Positions 1 to 11,053 are shown, counted from the first letter of the stretch. The stretch is 64,000 nucleotides of DNA from Actinomycetota bacterium (GCA_947450345.1 CANFVD010000001.1:15936-79935), one strand, 5' to 3'. Numbers and translations are program-made. The notes: generated by a model from the letters alone, not told the origin.

Positions 1-1944
1 CGCGTTGAGCACCTTGATGGCGAGGCGGCGACCAATCTTGATCTGGGTGGGGTTCTGGGGGTCGAAGGCGGCATCCGTGCCGAGTCGAGACGAGGCGGCC
101 CAATAGCGCACCGCGTCGGATCCGTGCTGTTCGAGCATGTCGCTCGGGGTCACCACGTTGCCCTTGGACTTTGACATCTTCTTGCGATCAGGGTCCACGA
201 TGAAGCCCGAGATGGCGGCATTGCGCCAGGGCATCTCGCCCGACTCGAGAACGGCCCGAAGCATGGTGGAGAACAGCCAGGTTCGGATGATGTCCTGGCC
301 CTGAGGACGTAGGTCAAACGGCCACACGAGGTTCCACAGTTCGGTGTCGCGTTCCCAACCGCCGGCCAGCTGGGGCGTGAGCGAGCTGGTGGCCCACGTG
401 TCCATCACATCGACCTCGCCGATGAAGCCGTTCGCCGCACCCCGCTGCTCCTCGGTGTAGCCCTCGGGCACATCGCTCGAGGGGTCAACGGGCAATTGGC
501 CGTCGCGTGCCACGAGGGGCTGGTCAAAGACTGGGTTACCGTCGGCATCGAGCGGGTACCAGACGGGAATCGGCACACCAAAGAACCGCTGGCGCGAAAT
601 GAGCCAGTCTCCGGCGAGTCCGCCGACCCAGTTTTCGTAGCGCACGCGCATGAAGTCGGGGTGCCAGGTGAGCTCCTTGCCGAACTCCAGCAGTTGACCG
701 CGCAGTTTTTCGTCGCGGGCACCGTTGATGACGTACCACTGACGCGTGGACACAATCTCGAGTGGCTTGTCGCCCTTCTCGAAGAACTTCACGGGGTGCG
801 TGATGGGCTTGGGGTCGCCCTCCATCTCGCCAGACTCGCGCAGGAGGACCACCATGGCCTCTTTCGCCGAGAAGATGGTCTTTCCGGCAATCTCGGCAAA
901 CGCGGCTTTGCCCGCATCGCTCGTAATCACGTCGGGAGCGTCACTCAGAATGCGACCGTCGAATCCGATGATGGCGCGGTTGGGCAGGTCGAGCTCGCGC
1001 CACCAGATCACGTCGGTGACGTCACCGAACGTACAGATCATTGCGATGCCCGACCCCTTGTCGGGCTGAGCGAGGTGATGAGCCAGAATCGGCACCTCAA
1101 CGCCAAAAATGGGCGTGGTGACGTTCGACCCAAAGAGTGGCTTGTAGCGCTCGTCCTCCGGATGCGCCACGAGGGCCACGCACGCCGCGAGCAGTTCGGG
1201 ACGCGTGGTCTCGATGAAGATGTCGTCACCACCCGAGCGGTGGAAAGCCAGGCGGTGGTAGGCGCCGGGCATGTCCTTGTCTTCGAGCTCGGCCTGAGCC
1301 ACGGCCGTGCGGAAAGTCACGTCCCACAGTGTGGGCGCCATGGCCTGGTAGGCCTCGCCGCGCTCGATGTTGCGCACGAAGGCCAGCTGCGACGAGCGAA
1401 TCGAATCGCTGCCGATGGTGCGGTAGGTCTGGTTCCAGTCGACCGATAGCCCGAGAGTGCGCCAGAGCGCCTCAAACTGCTTTTCGTCTTCGACGGTCAG
1501 CTTCTCGCACAGCTCGATGAAGTTGCGCCGGCTGATGGGCACCTGATCGGCAGCCTTAGTGCTCTTGTTGTCGCCACCCTCAAACGGGGGAGTGAATCCG
1601 GCCTCGTAGGGCAGCGACGGGTCGCAGCGCACGCCGTAATAGTTCTGAACCCGTCGCTCGGTGGGCAGGCCGTTGTCGTCCCAGCCCATGGGGTAGAAGA
1701 CCTCTTTGCCACACATGCGCTGATAGCGTGCCATCACGTCGGTGTGCGTGTAGCTGAACACGTGCCCCACGTGCAGCGAACCCGAGGCCGTGGGCGGCGG
1801 GGTGTCGATGGAGAAGATACTGGCGCGGGTTTGTCCCGCGCGCTCGAACCGATAAGTGCCCGCGGAATCCCACGTGGCGGTCCACTTGTCTTCGAGGCCC
1901 TCGAGGGCGGGCTTTTCGGGAACGCCGGCAGCATTACTCGTCAT
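1..1944 (-). CDS. valS: valyl-tRNA synthetase (N-terminal 648 codons; C-terminus lies outside the window)
   Basis: Absent from the ORF track because it runs off the window edge. Hand translation of the minus strand from ATG (1942-1944) gives MTSNAAGVPEKPALEGLEDKWTATWD... It contains PPPTASGSLHVGHVFSYTHT (HIGH-type motif, about 1740-1800) and DRKKMSKSKGNVVTP (KMSKS, about 130-175). The plus-strand ORF 496..1449 is its antisense shadow. Confidence 0.9.
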   Translation of the reverse strand, partial: MTSNAAGVPEKPALEGLEDKWTATWDSAGTYRFERAGQTRASIFSIDTPPPTASGSLHVGHVFSYTHTDVMARYQRMCGKEVFYPMGWDDNGLPTERRVQNYYGVRCDPSLPYEAGFTPPFEGGDNKSTKAADQVPISRRNFIELCEKLTVEDEKQFEALWRTLGLSVDWNQTYRTIGSDSIRSSQLAFVRNIERGEAYQAMAPTLWDVTFRTAVAQAELEDKDMPGAYHRLAFHRSGGDDIFIETTRPELLAACVALVAHPEDERYKPLFGSNVTTPIFGVEVPILAHHLAQPDKGSGIAMICTFGDVTDVIWWRELDLPNRAIIGFDGRILSDAPDVITSDAGKAAFAEIAGKTIFSAKEAMVVLLRESGEMEGDPKPITHPVKFFEKGDKPLEIVSTRQWYVINGARDEKLRGQLLEFGKELTWHPDFMRVRYENWVGGLAGDWLISRQRFFGVPIPVWYPLDADGNPVFDQPLVARDGQLPVDPSSDVPEGYTEEQRGAANGFIGEVDVMDTWATSSLTPQLAGGWERDTELWNLVWPFDLRPQGQDIIRTWLFSTMLRAVLESGEMPWRNAAISGFIVDPDRKKMSKSKGNVVTPSDMLEQHGSDAVRYWAASSRLGTDAAFDPQNPTQIKIGRRLAIKVLNA

Positions 1945-2049
1945 GATGAACCTCGAATTTCTATGAGCGGCACCGCGTCGTTTACCGGCTCGGCCGGCGA
2001 GTGTGCCTCAGATGTGGGTGCCTCGAGTTTACCGCCTGACGTATTAGGC

Positions 2050-2286
2050 TGATGCATAGAGACAGTGATCCGGCAATCACCGGGGAGTCTTCGGAAGAAA
2101 TTTGCCGAGTGAACCCGTTCACATCGACGAAGAGTAGAACCGAACGGGTCTGGCCCGTTACAGCCAAAGAACAAGAGGGTCTCGCTTGCGAGATCAAGCT
2201 CAGGTGGTACCGCGCGAAAATCCCGAAATTTGGGCGAATCGCGTCCTGGCGAAGTAGATGAACCATCCTTCGTTTCAGGAGAAACC
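2050..2286 (+). promoter_or_regulatory. T-box leader RNA of ileS (Ile/AUC specifier, SD-sequestering type); 5' boundary uncertain
   Basis: Hairpin ACCCGTTC (2113-2120) / GAACGGGT (2142-2149) has a loop carrying ATC (2123-2125). The conserved T-box core GGTGGTACCGCG is at 2203-2214. TCCTGGCGAAG (2244-2254) can pair with CTTCGTTTCAGGA (2268-2280), covering the AGGAG SD (2277-2281) just before GTG 2287. Confidence 0.8.
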
Positions 2287-5200
2287 GTGACCTATCCCAA
2301 GTCGGCCAAGAATGTGGCTTCGACAGGTTCAGCCGGCGAGCCCGCGAACTCTGAAGTCGTGCCCTCGCCGTCATTTCCCGCCATCGAAGAGCAGGTGCTC
2401 GCCTTCTGGAAGGCAGATGACACGTTTCGCGCCTCCATCGCGCAGCGCGCCGAGCAGGACGCCGAAGAGTGGGTGTTCTACGACGGTCCGCCGTTTGCCA
2501 ACGGCCTGCCCCACTACGGTCACCTTCTGACGGGCTACGCCAAAGACCTCTTCCCGCGCTACCAGACCATGCGCGGCAAGCGCGTGGAGCGCCGATTCGG
2601 GTGGGACACCCACGGTCTGCCCGCCGAACTCGAAGCCGAGCGCCAACTGGGCATCACCGACAAGAGCCAGATCGAAGAGATGGGCATTGCCGCCTTTAAC
2701 AAGGTGGCCCGAGAGTCGGTGCTCAAGTACACGCAGGAGTGGCAGGAATACGTCACGCGCCAGGCGCGCTGGGTCGACTTTGATAACGACTACAAGACCC
2801 TCGATATCACCTTCATGGAGAGCGCCATCTGGGCGTTCAAGCAACTGCACGACAAGGGTCTCGCGTACGAGGGATACCGTGTGCTGCCCTACTGCTGGCG
2901 CGACCAGACGCCGTTGAGCAATCACGAACTGCGAATGGATGACGACGTCTACAAGATGCGTCAAGACCAGTCGGTCACGGTCGCATTCCCGTTGATGGGA
3001 GAACGCGCCGATGCCCTTGGGCTCGGGGGAGTGCAGGCACTCGCCTGGACCACCACGCCCTGGACACTGCCCACGAATGCGGCGCTCGCCGTGGGGCCGG
3101 CAATTTCGTATGTGGTTGTGCCCGCTGGGCCCGCATTCAGCCTCGCGGGTTTCAATACGTCGACTGCGTCGACTACTCAACCGGCATTCTTGATTGCCGA
3201 AGACTTGGCGGGTGCCTACGCCAAAGAGCTTGGCTTCGCTGACGCGGCAGAGGTGCAGGCTGCGGTGACGTCCACCGTGCTCGGCAGTGACCTGGTTGGC
3301 ATGGCTTATGAACGCCTCTGGGACTACTTTGCCGACGAGCCCGAGTATCAGACCAATGCGTGGCGCATTCTTAGCGCCGAGTTTGTGACCACCGCCGACG
3401 GAACCGGAATTGTGCACCTAGCACCCGCCTATGGCGAGGATGACCAAAAGGTGTGCGAGGAAAACGGTATCCCCGTCATGATGTCGCTGGACGACGGTGG
3501 TGTCTTCCTCTCGCGCATTACCGAGGTCGCCGGCCAGCAGGTCTTCGACGCCAACAAGCCCCTCACGGCCATGCTGCGCGACATGGGCCGACTGGTTCGC
3601 GTGGCCAGCTACGAGCACTCGTACCCGCACTGCTGGCGTTGTCGTAATCCGCTGATCTATCGGGCCGTTTCGTCGTGGTTCGTGCGCGTCACCGAGTTCC
3701 GCGACCGCATGGTCGAACTCAACCAACAGATCAACTGGGTGCCCGACAACGTCAAGGACGGTCAGTTCGGCAAGTGGCTCGAAGGTGCCCGCGACTGGTC
3801 CATCAGCCGCAATCGCTTCTGGGGTTCGCCCATTCCCGTCTGGAAGAGCGACAACCCGGAATACCCTCGCGTCGATGTCTACGGTTCGCTCGACGAGCTC
3901 GAGCGCGACTTCGGGGTTCGTCCCACCGATCTGCACCGGCCCCAGATTGACGAGCTGACGCGACCGAATCCAGACGACCCTTCCGGTCAATCCACCATGC
4001 GCCGTATCTCTGATGTGCTCGACGTGTGGTTCGACTCGGGGTCGATGCCGTTCGCTCAGGTGCACTATCCGTTCGAGAATCGCGACTGGTTTGATACGCA
4101 CAACCCGGCCGACTACATCGTGGAGTACATCGGACAAACGCGTGGCTGGTTCTATACGCTCCATGTGCTGTCCACCGCACTCTTTGACCGCCCGGCATTC
4201 AAGAACGTGATTAGCCACGGCATCGTGCTTGGTAACGACGGCCAGAAGATGTCGAAGTCGCTGCGCAACTATCCGGATGTCAATGAGGTCTTTGACCGCG
4301 ACGGCTCCGACGCCATGCGCTGGTTCTTGATGAGTTCGTCGGTGCTGCGCGGCGGCAACCTGATTGTCACCGAAGAGGGCATTCGCGAGGGCGCTCGCCA
4401 GATGCTGCTGCCCCTGTGGAGCACGTATTACTTCTTCACGCTCTACGCCAATGTTGCCGGCGACGACGGTGAGGGTTACGACGCGACGTGGCGCACGGAT
4501 AGCACCAACCTCCTTGACCGGTACCTCCTGGCCAAGACCGGGGATGTCATTCGGGCGGTGCAGGAGCACCTCGATGCGCTCGACTCGACACTTGCTGCTG
4601 CGGCTCTGCGCGACTTCGCGGACGTCCTGACCAACTGGTACGTGCGCCGATCGCGCGACCGTTTCTGGTCGGGCTCCTCAACCGCCGACGGACGCGATGC
4701 CTTTGACACGCTGTTCACGGTGCTCGAAACCCTGACCCGCGTGGCGGCACCGCTCCTGCCGCTCGTGACAGAGCGCATCTGGCAGGGTCTCACCGGTGGC
4801 CGATCGGTGCACCTCACCGACTGGCCGGATGCCGGCGCCTTCCCGCAGGCCGATGACCTGGTTGCCGACATGGATGAGGTCCGCGAGATTGTCTCCACGG
4901 CGCTCGCGCTTCGCAAGCAGACGGGCCGACGCGTGCGGTTGCCCCTCGCGGAACTCGTTGTGGTGACCGAACGCGCCCACGCGCTCGACGCCTACGCCGA
5001 CATCCTGCGTGATGAGCTCAACGTCAAGACCGTGACCAACACCGCATGGACCGAAAACAGCGCCGCCGAGTTCGGCATCACCTCGCGACTGTCGGTCAAC
5101 GCTCGCGCCGCCGGACCGCGCCTGGGCAAGGATGTTCAGCGCATCATCATCGCGGCCAAGAACGGTGACTGGTCCGAGAACAACGGCGTCGTTGTCGCCG

Positions 5201-5703
5201 GTGGCACGCCACTTGAACCCGGCGAATTCGAACTGACCCTCGAAACGGCCACGGCCGGCGCTGACGCCGAGCGGGCTCTGGCACTCATCCCCAGCGGAGG
5301 ATTCGTTCTGCTCGATGTCACGACGACACCAGAGCTCGAAGCCGAGGGGCTGCAGCGCGACCTGATTCGCGCCGTGCAAGACACGCGTAAGACGGCGGGC
5401 TTCGATGTGAGTGACCGCATCGTGCTCGATGTGGTGTGCTTCGACGTGAAGGATGCGGAGGCACTGGGGCACGCGACCGGCGCCGACATCGCCGCCGAGA
5501 CCCTGGCCACCACGTTTGCCATTCACTCTCCGGCCACCTTTGATCTGTTGCCCACGATGAGCGGGCAGCTGGCCTCCGAGTGGCTGGGCAACGTGGCGAA
5601 TGCCGACGTTGAGCATTTCGCGCGTTTTGACGCGGGCGCCTTCGCCAACATGGGCGACTTCGTGGTCGCGGTATCGCGAACGGAGCGCATCCAGAGTGTC
5701 TGA
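2287..5703 (+). CDS. ileS: isoleucyl-tRNA synthetase (type 2, actinobacterial/eukaryote-like)
   Basis: ORF 2230..5703. Motifs [17 protein letters not shown] and [11 protein letters not shown]. Start moved to GTG 2287 (VTYPKS..., AGGAG SD 5 nt upstream), matching the usual N-terminal YPK...FP..E..VL.FW pattern. Confidence 0.93.
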   Translation: MTYPKSAKNVASTGSAGEPANSEVVPSPSFPAIEEQVLAFWKADDTFRASIAQRAEQDAEEWVFYDGPPFANGLPHYGHLLTGYAKDLFPRYQTMRGKRVERRFGWDTHGLPAELEAERQLGITDKSQIEEMGIAAFNKVARESVLKYTQEWQEYVTRQARWVDFDNDYKTLDITFMESAIWAFKQLHDKGLAYEGYRVLPYCWRDQTPLSNHELRMDDDVYKMRQDQSVTVAFPLMGERADALGLGGVQALAWTTTPWTLPTNAALAVGPAISYVVVPAGPAFSLAGFNTSTASTTQPAFLIAEDLAGAYAKELGFADAAEVQAAVTSTVLGSDLVGMAYERLWDYFADEPEYQTNAWRILSAEFVTTADGTGIVHLAPAYGEDDQKVCEENGIPVMMSLDDGGVFLSRITEVAGQQVFDANKPLTAMLRDMGRLVRVASYEHSYPHCWRCRNPLIYRAVSSWFVRVTEFRDRMVELNQQINWVPDNVKDGQFGKWLEGARDWSISRNRFWGSPIPVWKSDNPEYPRVDVYGSLDELERDFGVRPTDLHRPQIDELTRPNPDDPSGQSTMRRISDVLDVWFDSGSMPFAQVHYPFENRDWFDTHNPADYIVEYIGQTRGWFYTLHVLSTALFDRPAFKNVISHGIVLGNDGQKMSKSLRNYPDVNEVFDRDGSDAMRWFLMSSSVLRGGNLIVTEEGIREGARQMLLPLWSTYYFFTLYANVAGDDGEGYDATWRTDSTNLLDRYLLAKTGDVIRAVQEHLDALDSTLAAAALRDFADVLTNWYVRRSRDRFWSGSSTADGRDAFDTLFTVLETLTRVAAPLLPLVTERIWQGLTGGRSVHLTDWPDAGAFPQADDLVADMDEVREIVSTALALRKQTGRRVRLPLAELVVVTERAHALDAYADILRDELNVKTVTNTAWTENSAAEFGITSRLSVNARAAGPRLGKDVQRIIIAAKNGDWSENNGVVVAGGTPLEPGEFELTLETATAGADAERALALIPSGGFVLLDVTTTPELEAEGLQRDLIRAVQDTRKTAGFDVSDRIVLDVVCFDVKDAEALGHATGADIAAETLATTFAIHSPATFDLLPTMSGQLASEWLGNVANADVEHFARFDAGAFANMGDFVVAVSRTERIQSV

Positions 5704-7057
5704 GTCTCACGAGGAATCCGAGTACGCGCGCGCTGCCGAGCTGGCCTACCAGGAGCTCCTGTCGCGCATGGGGGAGGGCGAACCCCAACCGCGCCTCGAG
5801 CCCACGCGGCGTGTGGTCGAGCTCCTCGGCGATGTACATCGGGCGTATCCGGTGATTCACGTGGCCGGCACGAACGGCAAGACCTCCACGGCTCGCATGA
5901 TCGAGACGATTCTGCGAACGTTTGGCCTGCGCACCGGCCTGTTTACGAGCCCCCACCTGATTTCACTCAACGAGCGCATTCAGATTGATGGCGAGCCCAT
6001 CAGCGATGAGAATCTCGTGGCCAATTGGGTTGACATCAAGCCCTACGTGGAGATGGTCGATGCCGAACTTGAGGCCAAGGGCGAACTGCGATTGACCTTC
6101 TTTGAGGTGCTCACCATTCTCGGATTTGCGGCCTTCGCCGACGCTCCGGTCGACGTTGCCGTCGTCGAGGCCGGAATGGGTGGCGAGTGGGACTCCACAA
6201 ACGTTGCCGACGGCGTGGTGGCCGTGTTCACGCCCATCGCGCTCGACCACACCGAGCGACTCGGGCCAGACATCACCACCATCGCACGCACGAAGTCGGG
6301 CATCATCAAGCCAGCGGCCATGGTGGTGTCGGCTCCGCAGGAGCCCGAGGCGGAGGCCGTTCTCCGCGAGGCCGCCGAGCTCACCGAGTCGATCATCAAC
6401 ATCTTGGGGTCGGGTGGCACGTCGGTAGTATCGGAGGTTGCCGTCGGCGGTCAGCTCACCTCAATCATTGGGTTGGCCGGCACCTATGACGACCTCTTTG
6501 TGGGGCTGCTGGGTGACCACCAAGCGGTCAACGCCGCCGTGGCGCTGATGGCCGTGGAGAGCTTTTTGGGTGGCGCTAACCAGTCAATCGACCGAGACCT
6601 GCTGGCCGAGGCCTTTGCCACGGTGACGTCACCCGGACGCCTTCAGCGCGTGGCGAGCAGTCCGCCCGTCATTGTGGACGCGGCTCATAACCCGCACGGC
6701 GCCCGGTCACTGGCCGAGGCGCTGTCATCGTATTTTGATTTCGACGACATCACGCTGGTTTTTGGCACACTCGCCAATAAGGACTATGCCGAATTTCTGG
6801 CAACCCTGGCACCGTTCGCCTCCCGCGTGATTCTCACGACCCCACCCAGTGACCGCGCTGTGACGGCGGCGCAGGTGGCGGCGACGGCACATCTGCCCGA
6901 CGATGTCACGGTGAGTGTGCAGCCGGATCCTTTGGTGGCTTTGGCAGAAGCCCGAGCGTATGCGGCTCAGAGCGCCAAGGGCGCCGTTGTTGTGTCAGGC
7001 TCAATATCGCTCGTGGGTCTCACCTTGGCCTGCGCAATCGAAGAGAAGTGGTCATGA
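5696..7057 (+). CDS. folC: bifunctional folylpolyglutamate synthase / dihydrofolate synthase
   Basis: ORF 5600..7057. Mur-ligase P-loop [18 protein letters not shown]. Start chosen at in-frame GTG 5696, which overlaps the ileS stop (5701-5703). Confidence 0.88.
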   Translation: MSESHEESEYARAAELAYQELLSRMGEGEPQPRLEPTRRVVELLGDVHRAYPVIHVAGTNGKTSTARMIETILRTFGLRTGLFTSPHLISLNERIQIDGEPISDENLVANWVDIKPYVEMVDAELEAKGELRLTFFEVLTILGFAAFADAPVDVAVVEAGMGGEWDSTNVADGVVAVFTPIALDHTERLGPDITTIARTKSGIIKPAAMVVSAPQEPEAEAVLREAAELTESIINILGSGGTSVVSEVAVGGQLTSIIGLAGTYDDLFVGLLGDHQAVNAAVALMAVESFLGGANQSIDRDLLAEAFATVTSPGRLQRVASSPPVIVDAAHNPHGARSLAEALSSYFDFDDITLVFGTLANKDYAEFLATLAPFASRVILTTPPSDRAVTAAQVAATAHLPDDVTVSVQPDPLVALAEARAYAAQSAKGAVVVSGSISLVGLTLACAIEEKWS

Positions 7058-7482
7058 GTTCATCGCCATCCCAGCCACACCCGCGTTCAGCGTCGCCGCG
7101 ATCACCGCGCCGGCAGCGTGGCACGCGTGAAACGCTGATCTCCATCGTCTTGGGGTTTGAAGCGATTGTGGTGGGCCTCGGGGCTCTCACCATGCTGGGG
7201 CTCAAGGCGCTTGATTTCGTTCAGGCACTCGTGGGTGGCGGGCTCGTCATTCTGATTCTCGTCGCCGCCGTGGTGTGGGCCCGCTTCACCGCAGGACTCG
7301 TGCTGGGGTGGCTTGCCCAGGCCGTTATTCTGGCGAGTGGCTTTATCGCCGGCGCCATGTTTGTCGTCGGCGTGGTCTTTACCGCCATCTGGGTGTTCGC
7401 CCTCGTTCAGGGCACAAGAATTGATCGAGCCAATAATTCACACAACGAGATAAACGCCACTGGAGAGGACAACGCACGATGA
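7054..7482 (+). CDS. small multi-pass membrane protein (DUF4233-like, usual folC-ndk partner in Actinobacteria)
   Basis: ORF 7048..7482. ATG 7054 overlaps the folC TGA (ATGA). Arg/Pro-rich N-terminus followed by 3-4 hydrophobic helices. Its stop overlaps the ndk ATG (ATGA at 7479-7482). Confidence 0.7.
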   Translation: MSSSPSQPHPRSASPRSPRRQRGTRETLISIVLGFEAIVVGLGALTMLGLKALDFVQALVGGGLVILILVAAVVWARFTAGLVLGWLAQAVILASGFIAGAMFVVGVVFTAIWVFALVQGTRIDRANNSHNEINATGEDNAR

Positions 7483-7901
7483 GCGCACACACGGAAGAAA
7501 CCCTGGTCCTGGTAAAACCTGACGGAGTCGAACGCGGACTGACCGGCGAGATACTGCGCCGGATTGAATCTAAGGGTTATGAGATTGTCGACCTCCGCAT
7601 GGTGACTCCCACGCGTGACCTTCTCGCTGCCCACTACGCCGAGCACGAGGGCAAACCGTTCTTCGAGCCCCTCGTCGAATTTATGGCCAGCGGCCCGGTT
7701 GTCGCCGTCCGCGTGCGCGGTCAGCGCGTCATCGAGGGTTTTCGCTCTCTCGCGGGAACGACGGACCCCACAACGGCAGCCCCCGGCACGATTCGTGGTG
7801 ATCTCGGTCGCGATTGGGGTGCGCCGGTTCAGCGCAACCTCGTGCACGGTTCGGACGCGCCGGAGTCGGCCGCTCGCGAGCTCGGGCTCTGGTTCGCCTA
7901 A
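7479..7901 (+). CDS. ndk: nucleoside-diphosphate kinase
   Basis: 140 aa. EETLVLVKPDGVERGL..., GTIRGD and NLVHGSD motifs. Confidence 0.95.
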   Translation: MSAHTEETLVLVKPDGVERGLTGEILRRIESKGYEIVDLRMVTPTRDLLAAHYAEHEGKPFFEPLVEFMASGPVVAVRVRGQRVIEGFRSLAGTTDPTTAAPGTIRGDLGRDWGAPVQRNLVHGSDAPESAARELGLWFA

Positions 7902-7959
7902 AACCGAGGCACGCGGACGTTGCCCCGCGACGTGACGGGCTGAACTCTCAGCCCAGGCC

Positions 7960-8565
7960 TTAGAGGTTGTGAATCCAGTCCAGTCGAACCTGGGCAATCA
8001 GGGCCTCAATGAGCAAGATGCCGATGATGATTGTTGGCGACCACGACAGCGTCTTGGCGCCGACGGCCAGGATCCACGGGCGCGTGCCCCACACGCCGTT
8101 CTTGATTGTGTAGCCCTTGACCACGATGGTCAGGGTGATGGTGGCAATCCAGGTCACCATGCACCAGGGGCACAGGGTTCCGAGAACGAAGACGCTTTCG
8201 GCGAAGAGCCAGACGGTGAACAGGAAACCGATGCTGGCAACGATGTCAAAAGCGCGCCAGTACCAGTTGGCGAATCGCGCCCCAGCGAGGATGCCAACAC
8301 CCGTAGCGGCAACGACGGGCCAGCCCATCAGGCCGAGCAGCGGGTTGGGGAAGCCGAGGAGCGAGCCCTGCCACGAGGCAAGGTTCTTGCCACACTGCAC
8401 GATGACGCTGAAGTCACAACTCGCTGCTTCGCCGGGATTTGTGAGCGCATGAATCTTCTCGAGGGTCAGCGCGAACGCCGCCAAGAGCCCCAGCGCTGCA
8501 ACCAGGATGAAGAGAACGGATACGGCAATGGGTTTACGGGCCGAAACCTCTGAAGTGTCACTCAC
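7960..8565 (-). CDS. vitamin K epoxide reductase family membrane protein (DsbB-like oxidoreductase)
   Basis: ORF 7960..8697. Multi-pass membrane protein with loop cysteines ASCDFSVIVQC and an in-membrane CPWC (CXXC). Start shortened to GTG 8565 (alternative GTG 8571) just before the first TM helix. Confidence 0.72.
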   Translation of the reverse strand: MSDTSEVSARKPIAVSVLFILVAALGLLAAFALTLEKIHALTNPGEAASCDFSVIVQCGKNLASWQGSLLGFPNPLLGLMGWPVVAATGVGILAGARFANWYWRAFDIVASIGFLFTVWLFAESVFVLGTLCPWCMVTWIATITLTIVVKGYTIKNGVWGTRPWILAVGAKTLSWSPTIIIGILLIEALIAQVRLDWIHNL

Positions 8566-8821
8566 GCGCACGATTATCGCAGTTGGAGCAGGGAGATTGC
8601 TGACCCCACTTCCGGCGCGCGAAACAAATCCGTGCGATACTAGAAATGTTGCAACCCCTTGATGGGGCGCAACGCAAAGACTTTTGAGTAATCGCAAGGT
8701 TGCTCGTGGGCTGGTTTGCCACCCACATCTCGCCTAACCAACAGGGTTCTGGCGGGCACGAAGCTATTTTTGGTAGACGCGACAGCGTTGGCCACGAGGA
8801 TTAAGCACCACCCGAGGAACG

Positions 8822-11053
8822 TTGAAAAACGCTCTCGCGGTGCGGAGAGTTGCACCACTCATGGTGAAAAAGAAAAATTCTGACGTCAGCCCATTTAGCC
8901 ACGGAGAAAGCGCTGACGTGTGGCTCGAGGCCCACGCGGATCGAATTCCGGCACTTGTGTCCACCGCACCCGTTGAGGACGCGGTGACCGAGACGGCCGA
9001 ATCGATTGCCGCCGAAGTTGGCGCTGCAGCGGGTATCGACATCCCGACACTTTCGGCGAGCGAGATCACCGACCTCGTGTTTTATGCCCCTGCGCTGCCC
9101 CGCCGCGAAGAGCGTTTACGCGATCGTTGGGAACGCGATGGCGATCCGTTTGACGAGCAGAGCTCGCTGCGTCGCCGGCAACGGCGTCGCGCGGGTGACG
9201 ATCGTCCGCTCTCCGAAGACGAGGGCCGCACCGTGGTCAAAGTTCGCATTCCTCGCGAGCCCGAGCTCATCACGGAACCCCAGCGCATTCGTGGATCCAC
9301 GCGACTCGAAGCCAAGAAGCAGCGCCGTCGCGACGGACGCGACGTCGGTCGGCGTCGCACCGTGGTCACCGAGAGCGAGTTTCTCGCTCGACGTGAGTCC
9401 GTCGACCGCGTCATGGTGGTTCGTGAGCGTGAAGATCGCACGCAGATTGGCGTCCTCGAAGACACCGTCTTGGTTGAACACTACGTGGCACGGGCATCCG
9501 AGGCGAGCCTCATTGGCAACGTTTACCTCGGCAAGGTGCAGAACGTGTTGCCGTCGATGGAGGCTGCCTTCGTTGACATCGGCAAGGGCCGTAACGCCGT
9601 GCTGTACTCCGGCGAAGTTGATTGGGACGCGGTCGAAAACAAGGACCAGTCTCGCCGTATTGAGCTCGCGCTCAAGCCGGGCGACAAAGTTCTCGTTCAG
9701 GTCACGAAGGACCCCGTGGGCCACAAGGGCGCGCGTCTCACGTCCCAGGTTTCCCTGCCGGGCCGCTACCTCGTTTACGTGCCTAACAACACCATGAACG
9801 GCATCAGCCGCAAGCTGCCCGAACCCGAGCGCCTTCGCCTCAAGAAGATTCTCAAAGAGGTGCTTCCCGAGAACGTCGGCGTGATTGTTCGCACAGCAGC
9901 CGAGGGCGCCAGCGAAGAGCAGTTGCGCAGCGACGTCGACCGTCTGCGTTCGCAGTGGGCCTCCATTTCGAGCAAGGTCGAAAAGGGCCAGGCACCGGCG
10001 CTGCTGCACAGTGAGCCCGACCTGTTGGTCAAGATCATTCGTGATGTCTTCAACGAGGACTTCACCAAGGTGATCATCGACGGACCCACCGTGGGCGAGA
10101 CGATTCGCACCTACCTCGAGGGTGTGGCCCCCGAGTTGCTGGAGCGCGTCATCGACCATGCCTCGTCGATGGATTCGTTCGCCGAATTCCGAGTGACCGA
10201 GCAAATCGAAAAGGCGCTCGACCGCAAGGTGTACCTGCCCAGCGGTGGTTCGCTCGTGATCGACCGCACCGAGGCCATGACCGTGGTCGATGTGAATACG
10301 GGCAAGTTTGTGGGATCCGGTGGAAACCTCGAAGAAACCGTCACCAAGAACAACCTTGAGGCGGCCGAAGAAATTGTTCGCCAGCTCCGGTTGCGTGACA
10401 TCGGTGGCATCATTGTGGTCGACTTCATCGACATGGTGCTCGAATCAAACCGCGACCTCGTTCAGCGGCGATTGATCGAGTGCCTGAGTCGCGACCGCAC
10501 GAAGCATCAGGTGGCCGAAATCACCTCGCTCGGTCTCGTTCAGATGACCCGCAAGAAGTTGGGTCTCGGCCTGCTCGAAACGTTCAGCGAGCCCTGTGAG
10601 GTGTGTGCCGGTCGCGGCGTTGTTGTCTTTCATGAGCCCGTGACCCGTAATCGCGCGGCGGACAAGCCCGCGGAGAAGAGCCGCCGCGGTGGTTCGGGTG
10701 CCGGAGCCAGTGGTGGTTCTGGTCGCAGCCGCGGCGCCGTTGCTCCGACCGGTGAAGTTCACATCATTCCCGAGGGAGCGTCGAGCGCGTTGGCAAAGAT
10801 TGCGGCCAGCACGATCAACCACGGAGACGAGGGCGCTGAATCGTCGGCAGAGACCACTGAGGTTGTCGAAATCCTCGACATTCCGGTCACCGTCACCAAG
10901 GGACGGCGTAAAAAGACCGAAGTCGACTCGACTGCCTTAGACAGTGTGTTGGATGCTCTTCCCGAGCCCTCCGACCCCGGTCAGGGCCGCGGGCGTCGTC
11001 GTCGCGTGTCCACGGCGAGCATCACCGCCGAGGCGACCGACCCCGTTGACTGA
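8822..11053 (+). CDS. rne: ribonuclease E/G family endoribonuclease (RNase E)
   Basis: 743-aa ORF. S1 domain GNVYLGKVQNVLPSMEAAFVDIGKGRNAVLY, catalytic core ...VVDVNTGKFVG...IVVDFIDM, Arg-rich flanking tails. Start uncertain (TTG 8822, or ATG 8861 giving MVKKKNSD). Confidence 0.9.
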   Translation: MKNALAVRRVAPLMVKKKNSDVSPFSHGESADVWLEAHADRIPALVSTAPVEDAVTETAESIAAEVGAAAGIDIPTLSASEITDLVFYAPALPRREERLRDRWERDGDPFDEQSSLRRRQRRRAGDDRPLSEDEGRTVVKVRIPREPELITEPQRIRGSTRLEAKKQRRRDGRDVGRRRTVVTESEFLARRESVDRVMVVREREDRTQIGVLEDTVLVEHYVARASEASLIGNVYLGKVQNVLPSMEAAFVDIGKGRNAVLYSGEVDWDAVENKDQSRRIELALKPGDKVLVQVTKDPVGHKGARLTSQVSLPGRYLVYVPNNTMNGISRKLPEPERLRLKKILKEVLPENVGVIVRTAAEGASEEQLRSDVDRLRSQWASISSKVEKGQAPALLHSEPDLLVKIIRDVFNEDFTKVIIDGPTVGETIRTYLEGVAPELLERVIDHASSMDSFAEFRVTEQIEKALDRKVYLPSGGSLVIDRTEAMTVVDVNTGKFVGSGGNLEETVTKNNLEAAEEIVRQLRLRDIGGIIVVDFIDMVLESNRDLVQRRLIECLSRDRTKHQVAEITSLGLVQMTRKKLGLGLLETFSEPCEVCAGRGVVVFHEPVTRNRAADKPAEKSRRGGSGAGASGGSGRSRGAVAPTGEVHIIPEGASSALAKIAASTINHGDEGAESSAETTEVVEILDIPVTVTKGRRKKTEVDSTALDSVLDALPEPSDPGQGRGRRRRVSTASITAEATDPVD

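Noticed and set aside
496-1449. 317-aa plus-strand ORF, and similar long ORFs opposite recognised genes: 2371..3417, 3418..4569, 4678..5616, 9116..10204, 32324..33517, 34259..35017, 50655..52265, 54198..55103, 57070..58653, 46745..47734.
   Set aside because: All lie antisense to genes with unmistakable conserved motifs (valS, ileS, rne, leuS, leuA, uppS/dus, dnaG, phoH). Their products are Arg/Gly/His/Val-rich with no recognisable motifs. This is the usual shadow-ORF effect of 65-70% GC DNA.
1945-2050. A possible second T-box or leader for valS on the minus strand of the shared spacer.
   Set aside because: Only about 100 nt remain between the valS ATG and the ileS leader. No GGUGGUACCGCG-like core or specifier hairpin is visible on the minus strand.
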